Source: an archaeon (GTDB taxonomy: Archaea; Asgardarchaeota; Heimdallarchaeia; Heimdallarchaeales; Kariarchaeaceae). Taken from it: DNA of 9,144 bases. This document shows positions 1 through 5,071 of the stretch, piece after piece. The stretch lies in assembly GCA_024280435.1 (NCBI GenBank), contig JAJRQD010000040.1:1-9144 (forward strand). The letters run 5' to 3'. Numbering within the stretch: position 1 is the first letter of the stretch; the number at the start of each line of letters is the position of its first letter. A program made the position numbers and the translations under genes. The notes below the pieces were generated by a model that saw only the letters and a list, made by a program, of their open reading frames with translations, was not told the DNA's origin and searched no databases.

Positions 1-342
1 CACTCCAATCGTCCGATCCGCCAATCCATAAAGCTCTGGTGCATCATCTCTCAATTCCAACACAAGTGTTAATGGCCCGGGCAATAATTCCAACAATGGT
101 TTTATTCTATCAGTAATCACTGCATATTTTTCCACCTGTTCAACTGATGCAAAAGCATAGGATACAGGTTTGCTGAGATCTCTTTTCTTCAGCTCAAATA
201 GCCGTTTCACTGATCTTTCATTATCACCAACACAGCCAATTCCCACCACAGTCTCTGTGGGATAAACCATTATTGCACCCTTCCTCAACATATTAATGAT
301 CTGTATGCTGTATCTGTCAATATCATCCAACTCTATATCCAT
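1..342 (-). CDS. sua5: L-threonylcarbamoyladenylate synthase (Sua5/YrdC/YwlC family), N-terminal 114 codons; the 3' end runs off the left edge of the window
   Basis: Absent from the ORF track because it is open at the window edge. Hand translation of the minus strand from the ATG at 342-340 gives MDIELDDIDRYSIQIINMLRKGAIMVYPTETVVGIGCVGDNERSVKRLFELKKRDLSKPVSYAFASVEQVEKYAVITDRIKPLLELLPGPLTLVLELRDDAPELYGLADRTIGV. The YPTETVxGxG segment followed by K(K)RxxxKP is the YrdC-domain signature as I remember it. A GAGGTGA Shine-Dalgarno lies 7 nt upstream. The start is 8 nt downstream of the preceding gene's stop. Confidence 0.8.
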   Translation of the reverse strand, partial: MDIELDDIDRYSIQIINMLRKGAIMVYPTETVVGIGCVGDNERSVKRLFELKKRDLSKPVSYAFASVEQVEKYAVITDRIKPLLELLPGPLTLVLELRDDAPELYGLADRTIGV

Positions 343-349
343 AATGAAA

Positions 350-1285
350 TCACCTCTTAGCATTGAACCAATCTATAATCCACTGATGTAATTTATCCCT
401 CTCAGGCCCCATCAATGATGAATGAGGGGAATTCTCAAGATCTCTGAATTCAGTTGGAGTATCAGGAAAGAACTTTCTGAACTCTTCTGGTTGATCTATC
501 AGGGTCTTATGATCATTCAAGGAACGTACATACAGAACTGGTAATTTCAATCTATCATTTCTCTTTCTAAGTACCTTACCAACCTCAAATATTCCTGCCA
601 CAGCATATAACGGTTGTACAAGATATGAACTCAATCCTGCATCTTTTATCATTCTCTTCTTTCTTCTGGATCTGGGCCAGTATTTGATGAATGCAGATAG
701 TTGTCTCACAAATCTTGCAGATGGGATATGCAGATTAACAGGTGTATTCAATGTGATTATTGTCTCAATTGGATAAATAGTGCTAAGTAGCAATCCAAGA
801 GTACCACCTAGTGAATGCCCAAGATAGAATACTCTGTTGTATTTTTCGGGTATCTGTTGATAATGCCACACAACAGATGCAAACCAGTGTTCACCACTAG
901 TTATAGCCATATGTGCGGGAGTAGTACCATGTCCGGATAGACGAATTGTACGGAAATAATAACCCTGTTCTGCAAGAAGTACCCCGATCTCTCTGAATAT
1001 CTCAGGTGTGGATCCAAAGCCATGACTTGCTAGGATTGCAATACCATTTGGGTTTTCTGGATGTATCTCATAGTATCTTGCCTGTGGTCTAATACCTCGA
1101 TCCACTGTTTTAGGAGAGAATATCCATTTGAACAGAGTAATAGGATCTTTGAATGAGGAGGAGAGAACTGTACGGATTAATCTTAACTCCTTTTTAATTA
1201 CTCTTCTGAAAATACTCAACATAGAGGGTTTTCTATAGATTTCCACTTTCTCCACATCAAATTTCTCTTCCAACATCTGCTTCAT
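350..1285 (-). CDS. alpha/beta-fold hydrolase (carboxylesterase / lysophospholipase-like), 311 aa
   Basis: ORF track. HGFGSTP oxyanion-region motif. GHSLGG nucleophile elbow (GxSxG). Candidate acid and His residues lie late in the protein (SLNDH, SPHSS). ATG start with a GGAGG SD upstream. Packed 3 nt from the upstream ORF and 8 nt from sua5. Confidence 0.8.
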   Translation of the reverse strand: MKQMLEEKFDVEKVEIYRKPSMLSIFRRVIKKELRLIRTVLSSSFKDPITLFKWIFSPKTVDRGIRPQARYYEIHPENPNGIAILASHGFGSTPEIFREIGVLLAEQGYYFRTIRLSGHGTTPAHMAITSGEHWFASVVWHYQQIPEKYNRVFYLGHSLGGTLGLLLSTIYPIETIITLNTPVNLHIPSARFVRQLSAFIKYWPRSRRKKRMIKDAGLSSYLVQPLYAVAGIFEVGKVLRKRNDRLKLPVLYVRSLNDHKTLIDQPEEFRKFFPDTPTEFRDLENSPHSSLMGPERDKLHQWIIDWFNAKR

Positions 1286-1288
1286 TTA

Positions 1289-1753
1289 CTATTCCTCCAG
1301 TGAATCTATCAGTTGCTCCAGTATATCAATATGAGCAGGTTCTTTTCTAGCCAACCTAGAGATTATTGGCATGATTATAACAAATGTAAACATCGGAATA
1401 ATTACATTGAGTGCCCAGTCCAATTGCATGAAACCTTTATTCTCACCTGTTGATCGATCAAGGAAAAAGAAAAACAATACAAACAACATACCACCTATTG
1501 GGACAAATAACCAGCCATAATCGGGATTTGTTCTAAGAAACTGTGTTGTTATGTAGAATATCCAGATACCAACAGTCGCCCAATGAGCCCATTCCAAACC
1601 ATCTGAATTCTTATTATTCACTATATCCAATGCAATCAGCATCAATGATAGTAGTGTAATAATTGAAGGAGTGGCCCATTTATGAAAGGAATACACACTG
1701 GGAACCCTCAGATCATAGCCACAGGAGGGACAGCGTTCCATTTTTTTATTCAT
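1289..1753 (-). CDS. hypothetical integral membrane protein with an N-terminal CxxC zinc-ribbon-like motif (about 154 aa from ATG 1753)
   Basis: The ORF track starts at a GTG at 1789. I prefer the ATG at 1753 (MNKKMERCPSCGYDL...) because a TATA-like TTATATTT (minus strand, plus coordinates 1778-1785) is centred about 28 nt upstream of it, which fits a leaderless mRNA. CPSCGYDL is followed by about four hydrophobic segments. No family recognised. Confidence 0.6.
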   Translation of the reverse strand: MNKKMERCPSCGYDLRVPSVYSFHKWATPSIITLLSLMLIALDIVNNKNSDGLEWAHWATVGIWIFYITTQFLRTNPDYGWLFVPIGGMLFVLFFFFLDRSTGENKGFMQLDWALNVIIPMFTFVIIMPIISRLARKEPAHIDILEQLIDSLEE

Positions 1754-1777
1754 ATCTGTTTGATCGTTCACATTACT

Positions 1778-1785
1778 AAAATATA
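1778..1785 (-). promoter_or_regulatory. candidate TATA box for the membrane protein / hydrolase / sua5 transcription unit
   Basis: Minus strand reads GTTATATTTTAG, centred about 28 nt upstream of ATG 1753. Identified by spacing and composition only, in a very AT-rich spacer. Confidence 0.3.
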
Positions 1786-2286
1786 ACACACTTTTATGAA
1801 GTTATACACCTACTAGTAGCTAGAATAAAAAATATTATGAATAAACTTGTGTCCAAATAAAATATAACTTGGATTTATTGTCAAAAATAATTTACTTGGA
1901 TTTGTATTAGATGGAAAAATGTAGCTGAGAAAAGTATTAAATTAATAGATGCATATCAAACGCGGAAAAAGAATGGATTAGGAGATATGTCAGTTATCTC
2001 ATATCCACTATTATTGCATCTAAATACGTACAAATCCAGATTTACAAAAATAATGGTATTTTTATACTGATCTGATATTTATACGTGAATGAATACTAAT
2101 TTTATCGATATTCCATGTGCTAGATCAACAACCATCTTAAAAAAAAAATATATAACCAATAATAACCACAGTAAAACAAGAACTCAAAATAAATTGAGAA
2201 ACAAGATGTATGATATCATCAAGTTAAAAATAACTGATACAATAGAAATATCAGTAATAATTGTAATTATAAAATATTACAAGAAT

Positions 2287-2359
2287 GGGCTGTTAGCTCA
2301 GCTGGTAGAGCGTTTGGTTCGCAATCAAAAGGCCGCGGGTTCAAATCCCGCACAGTCCA
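2287..2359 (+). tRNA. tRNA-Ala (anticodon CGC), 73 nt, no encoded CCA, no intron
   Basis: Hand-folded cloverleaf: acceptor GGGCTGT/ACAGTCC with the G3:U70 alanine identity pair. D arm GCTC-AGCTGGTA-GAGC. Anticodon arm TTTGG-TTCGCAA-TCAAA (positions 34-36 = CGC). Variable loop AGGCC. T arm GCGGG-TTCAAAT-CCCGC. Discriminator A. Confidence 0.93.
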
Positions 2360-2590
2360 TAAAATTAAATTACAATCATGAGAGCCATACATCACAGACA
2401 TATTTCAACTGTGAAATTATAAGACGAACAGAGGACAGGTACAATAGCTGTCGATAGAAATGCAATAAAAGTAACACCAGAGAACCAAAATACATTCAAT
2501 AGTGACATCACCTGTACTTGTGAAAATAACCTCTCAACTTAAAATTTGTACGTGCAAATAAGATGATGCAATATATAAACCAAAAATAAA

Positions 2591-3088
2591 CTACCCCTCA
2601 ATACCACCAAACTCATCCACTCTCAACTGAGTAGAAGATACAAGCCGCCCAGATTTATCCCTCAACCAAGGTATCACAATAACATCCAACGGAACCAAAC
2701 CATTCCCCTCACGAATAGAATTTATACTCACACCACTAGACTGTGTCTCCCTGGAAACCACAAGAGCGCCATTATCAGTCTCATCATAAGGTGCAGGACC
2801 CCAGTAATCAAACAACTCACCCACCGCAAACTCTATACCAAATGTAGACAGAAAATCAACCACACTAACAGACCTAAGATCATACGATTGTATCTTATCA
2901 CCATGTACCTTGTTACTAAACAACTCTAAACCCAACTCATCAGATACAACCCCAACAAACACATTATCAGAAATCATCACCGCAGTACGTATCAAAGACT
3001 CATGCGCATGATGAAATCTATCAAATGTACCACCCAAAAATGCCATATCATAGGGTTTCTTATCAGTATAAATATTCTCGAAATCCAT
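2591..3088 (-). CDS. coaD: archaeal-type phosphopantetheine adenylyltransferase (cytidylyltransferase-like fold), about 165 aa
   Basis: ORF track protein carries the GGTFDRFHHAH nucleotidyltransferase (H/T)xGH motif. It also has the C-terminal ...VVSRET...PL..IVIP......G..VSST.LR pattern seen in archaeal PPATs (from memory). The track start at 3106 is a TTG. I prefer the ATG at 3088 (MDFENIY...) because TTTAAATT on the minus strand (3119-3126) sits too close to 3106 to serve it. Confidence 0.75.
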   Translation of the reverse strand: MDFENIYTDKKPYDMAFLGGTFDRFHHAHESLIRTAVMISDNVFVGVVSDELGLELFSNKVHGDKIQSYDLRSVSVVDFLSTFGIEFAVGELFDYWGPAPYDETDNGALVVSRETQSSGVSINSIREGNGLVPLDVIVIPWLRDKSGRLVSSTQLRVDEFGGIEG

Positions 3089-3156
3089 AGTTTTATTACT
3101 TAGCAACCATTTTAATACAATTTAAACATTTACTTAACGCGTTAGCGAACTTTAAG

Positions 3157-3164
3157 TTTAAATA
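3157..3164 (+). promoter_or_regulatory. candidate TATA box (TTTAAATA) for the 5S rRNA transcription unit
   Basis: TTTAAATA at 3157-3164. The expected TSS about 23-25 nt downstream falls near G3187, which is exactly where the G+C-richer structured sequence begins. It is divergent from the PPAT TATA candidate at 3119-3126. Confidence 0.4.
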
Positions 3165-3239
3165 TAACAGCAATAGATATTGATTTGTCGAAAAACACTC
3201 ACGAGTGAACCGACAACCAATCCACTCCGGTGGAAGTAA

Positions 3240-3436
3240 ATGCTTACCCACTATTTTAAAGGTCGCTTTCAACAAGAAAGTTAAGCCTCTCATCGTATGC
3301 TTCTGTACTAATTTGCGCGAGCAATTGGGAACATCATAACGCTGGCACTCGATGCCGGCCATAGAGAGAGGGTTCACCAAGTAACATCCGAACCTTGATA
3401 TTGATTGTGATGCTGATTAGAATAGTGGGTAGGCAT
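3240..3436 (+). rRNA. 5S rRNA gene in circularly permuted order, with flanking inverted repeat. The 3' part of 5S (helix II 3' strand through helix I 3' strand) is 3277-3347, the CUCGA cap is 3348-3352, and the 5' part (helix I 5' strand through loop C and helix III) is 3353-3398
   Basis: Segment 3277-3347 reads AAAGUUAAGCCUCUCAUCGUAUGCUUCUGUACUAAUUUGCGCGAGCAAUUGGGAACAUCAUAACGCUGGCA. It matches the remembered archaeal 5S 3' portion (GAAGUUAAGCC ... GAGUACUGGAGUGCGCGAGCCUCUGGGAAAC ...). Segment 3353-3398 reads UGCCGGCCAUAGAGAGAGGGUUCACCAAGUAACAUCCGAACCUUGA. It matches the 5S 5' portion (GGCGGCCACAGCGG....CCAUCCCGAAC). Every 5S helix can be formed across the two pieces: helix I GCUGGCA(3341-3347)/UGCCGGC(3353-3359); helix II GAGAGG(3366-3371)/CCUCUC(3286-3291); helix III CAAG(3378-3381)/CUUG(3394-3397) around the 12-nt loop UAACAUCCGAAC; helix IV CUAAUU(3308-3313)/AAUUGG(3323-3328) around UGCGCGAGC; helix V UAUG(3296-3299)/CAUA(3335-3338). 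The two pieces total 46+71 = 117 nt. The unit is flanked by the 20-bp inverted repeat 3240-3259/3417-3436 and followed by T7. Confidence 0.75.
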
Positions 3437-3442
3437 TTTTTT
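3436..3442 (+). terminator. oligo-T (T7) archaeal-type terminator directly after the 3' arm of the 5S flanking stem
   Basis: TTTTTTT at 3436-3442 on the plus strand, immediately following the inverted-repeat arm. Confidence 0.5.
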
Positions 3443-3599
3443 ATCGAAAAATTTTGTATTTTTGGTTATTGATGTTATGTGTTGGTTATTTATAAGCAAG
3501 CATGATATTTCACCTGATCTCTGCAATAGTCACATTTATTGCAATCTATTGGTTCATACTGAGAGGTGGGTACATCGCAAATTATTTTTTATTGTTATT

Positions 3600-3795
3600 A
3601 TTTTTTCAAAGTCTTATTTCATGGATGTACTTTTTTTTCTAAAAAAATAATTTGCGCGAGTAATTGGGAACATTATGAGATGGGTGCTTGATGACGGACA
3701 TATATGGTTTTTACCAGATGTATCCGAATTTTTAAAAAAATGATTTTATTGTGTTGGTAAGTATGTATTCAGATACAATAATAGTGGATATGGGG
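3600..3795 (+). pseudogene. decayed paralogue of the permuted 5S unit, in the same permuted order and probably non-functional
   Basis: 3648-3673 TAATTTGCGCGAGTAATTGGGAACAT matches 3309-3334 at 25/26 positions. GATGACGGACATA matches GATGCCGGCCATA at 11/13. ATCCGAA (3722-3728) is conserved. AATAGTGGATATGG (3779-3792) resembles AATAGTGGGTAGGC (3421-3434). However, the helix I and helix II strands no longer pair, and a T8-CT-A7 block (3631-3647) is inserted inside it. Boundaries are approximate. Confidence 0.5.
3729..3740. terminator. T5/A7 block, a possible bidirectional oligo-T terminator
   Basis: TTTTTAAAAAAA at 3729-3740 gives T5 on the plus strand and T7 on the minus strand. It is the first minus-strand T-run downstream of nop10, so the aIF2-alpha/nop10 transcript may read through the tandem array to this point. 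Confidence 0.3.
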
Positions 3796-3796
3796 C

Positions 3797-4020
3797 TACT
3801 GTTCTGTGTGGTCATATTATTGGAGTTTATCATTTTCTGAATACTGTTTTTTGTATGGTCAGATTATTGGAGCTTATTACTTTCTGTATGGTCTTATTAT
3901 TGGAGTTCATCACTTTCTGAATACTGTTTTTTGTATGGTCAGATTATTGGAGTTCATCACTTTCTGAATACTGTTTTCTGTATGGTCAGATTATAGGTGT
4001 TCATTATTTTCTGTACAGTC
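3797..4020 (-). repeat. tandem repeat array of five full units (33, 47, 47, 33, 47 nt) plus a partial unit; the first unit contains the last five codons and the stop codon of nop10
   Basis: Units read on the minus strand: 4020-3988 GACTGTACAGAAAATAATGAACACCTATAATCT; 3987-3941 GACCATACAGAAAACAGTATTCAGAAAGTGATGAACTCCAATAATCT; 3940-3894 GACCATACAAAAAACAGTATTCAGAAAGTGATGAACTCCAATAATAA; 3893-3861 GACCATACAGAAAGTAATAAGCTCCAATAATCT; 3860-3814 GACCATACAAAAAACAGTATTCAGAAAATGATAAACTCCAATAATAT; 3813-3797 partial. The long units equal the short unit plus a 14-nt insertion. Confidence 0.9.
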
Positions 4021-4147
4021 TTCTGAATTTCTTCTCTTTAACAAGTGAGAACCTTGCGGGGTATGGATGGATTGATTTACCACCACATTGGCATTTATCA
4101 TGAAGACTATATTTTCCACATTCAATGCATCTGTACATAGTTTTCAT
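4004..4147 (-). CDS. nop10: H/ACA ribonucleoprotein complex subunit Nop10 (47 aa); missing from the ORF track
   Basis: Hand translation of the minus strand from ATG 4147-4145 gives MKTMYRCIECGKYSLHDKCQCGGKSIHPYPARFSLVKEKKFRRLYRK, with the stop TAA at 4006-4004. It has the four-Cys zinc ribbon plus the P.P.RFS segment typical of archaeal Nop10. An AGGTG SD lies upstream. It sits 9 nt downstream of the aIF2-alpha stop, which is the conserved archaeal aIF2-alpha/nop10 gene pair. Confidence 0.9.
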   Translation of the reverse strand: MKTMYRCIECGKYSLHDKCQCGGKSIHPYPARFSLVKEKKFRRLYRK

Positions 4148-4156
4148 TATTTACAC

Positions 4157-4966
4157 CTAGTTTTTATTTTTCTGTTGAACTATTTTGTATTCAACATTGA
4201 GATCTTTGCTTGCCTCTGTAAGATTTTTCTCAATTGCAATATATGCCTCATTTATTTCAGGATAAGATCTTCCTTCAAGATGAATTCGATATTGTGGACT
4301 ACCAATTGTGGTGATCTCACTCTCAATCTCTGGAAATTGTTTCACAGTATCCTCTGCTACTTTTAATAGACTTTTTACCTGTTCCACACCATCAGGAGAG
4401 AATGAACGTATACCAACATCAGCAGAGATCACAACAGTGGATACCTGAATACTCATCACAGCAGATTCATGTATTATTTTTGCAAGTTCGGGATCTATAT
4501 CCATGAAATCAAGTACTTCAATACCTGTAAATGCTAATTCTTCAAATCCCACATATAAAGAGCCGAATTCCCTGAGAAATGGTTTCTCAAGTAGTTCTCT
4601 CAGCTCTTCTGCAGTCTGTGGTACTTTTTTAGCAATTATACCAATCAACGCAAGTGCGGAGTTCTGTTTTTTATATTCTGCAATTTTATCTTTCTTCAGC
4701 GATTCAGATACTCTTTTGATACTGAGATCTATCTGATTGGTCACTCTGTTTACCCTTAACACACGTCCAACTATTGATTGATCCTGTCTTACAAAATTCC
4801 TTATATTTCTTACCCATGCACCGGTGATCTCTGATACATGTACGTATCCCTCTACACCCTCATATTCTTTTAATTTCACATATACACCGTGTTTGGTAAT
4901 TTTACTTACCACACCAATTACAAAGTCATGCTTTTGTGGTAACTTAATTTTTGTTTTCTCTGACAT
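4157..4966 (-). CDS. eif2a: translation initiation factor 2 subunit alpha (aIF2-alpha), 269 aa
   Basis: ORF track. The N-terminal S1/OB domain (P..G..V.G.V..I...G.YV.L.EY.G.EG.VH.SE......RNIR) is followed by helical and alpha/beta domains. The length is typical for the family. ATG start with a GGTGA SD. nop10 lies directly downstream. Confidence 0.9.
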   Translation of the reverse strand: MSEKTKIKLPQKHDFVIGVVSKITKHGVYVKLKEYEGVEGYVHVSEITGAWVRNIRNFVRQDQSIVGRVLRVNRVTNQIDLSIKRVSESLKKDKIAEYKKQNSALALIGIIAKKVPQTAEELRELLEKPFLREFGSLYVGFEELAFTGIEVLDFMDIDPELAKIIHESAVMSIQVSTVVISADVGIRSFSPDGVEQVKSLLKVAEDTVKQFPEIESEITTIGSPQYRIHLEGRSYPEINEAYIAIEKNLTEASKDLNVEYKIVQQKNKN

Positions 4967-5071
4967 TTATTTCACCTATCTATAATAATAATATTTCATC
5001 GATTGATATAAAGTTGAAGTTAGTATCATGTTATTATTTGTACGTACAAATTTTAAGTTCTACTAAAAATA

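Noticed and set aside
1790-2286. Roughly 500-nt AT-rich spacer as a possible mobile-element remnant or hidden gene
   Set aside because: I could find no inverted or direct terminal repeats, no transposase-like frame, and no convincing RNA fold. It is most simply the divergent promoter region for the minus-strand unit and the tRNA. The only notable feature is the half-site noted at 2022-2035.
2089-2457. 122-aa plus-strand ORF
   Set aside because: It reads straight through tRNA-Ala (2287-2359) and through low-complexity AT-rich spacer (N/K/I-rich). It has no translation signals.
3096-3380. 94-aa minus-strand ORF (GTG start) covering the spacer next to PPAT and most of the 5S region
   Set aside because: It lies antisense to sequence that folds and aligns as 5S rRNA. 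It has no SD or TATA support, overlaps the PPAT 5' end, and its Cys/Arg/Leu-rich composition differs from the neighbouring proteins. The open frame is most simply a by-product of the G+C-richer RNA gene.
3351-3436. Reading 3351-3436 as a short, unpermuted, roughly 85-nt 5S-like RNA (ATGCCGGCC...GGGTAGGCAT as helix I)
   Set aside because: The helix II strand GAGAGG has no partner inside this segment, and the helix IV/V and loop E region would be missing. The 3' end pairs far better (20 consecutive bp) with 3240-3259 than with 3351-3359. The missing parts are all present immediately upstream, which fits permutation instead.
3462-3650. 62-aa plus-strand ORF between the two 5S copies
   Set aside because: It has a non-ATG start and a low-complexity hydrophobic/AT-rich translation. 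It runs into the decayed 5S copy and through T-runs, and it has no SD or promoter spacing.
3797-4020. CRISPR array
   Set aside because: The units are directly tandem with no unique spacers between them. The unit lengths are 33 and 47 nt with an internal indel, and no cas genes or leader are present. This is a tandem repeat, not a repeat-spacer array.
4088-4366. 92-aa plus-strand ORF, and similar antisense or alternate-frame ORFs at 4503-4736, 5205-5426, 5395-5667, 5918-6109, 6401-6586, 6666-6848, 6837-7040, 6959-7144, 7872-8081, 8362-8568, 8789-8974 and 8802-9005
   Set aside because: All are embedded within, or antisense to, longer ORFs with recognisable family signatures (nop10/aIF2-alpha, FAU-1, the hydrolase). 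Their translations are low-complexity, as expected for shadow frames in AT-rich DNA.
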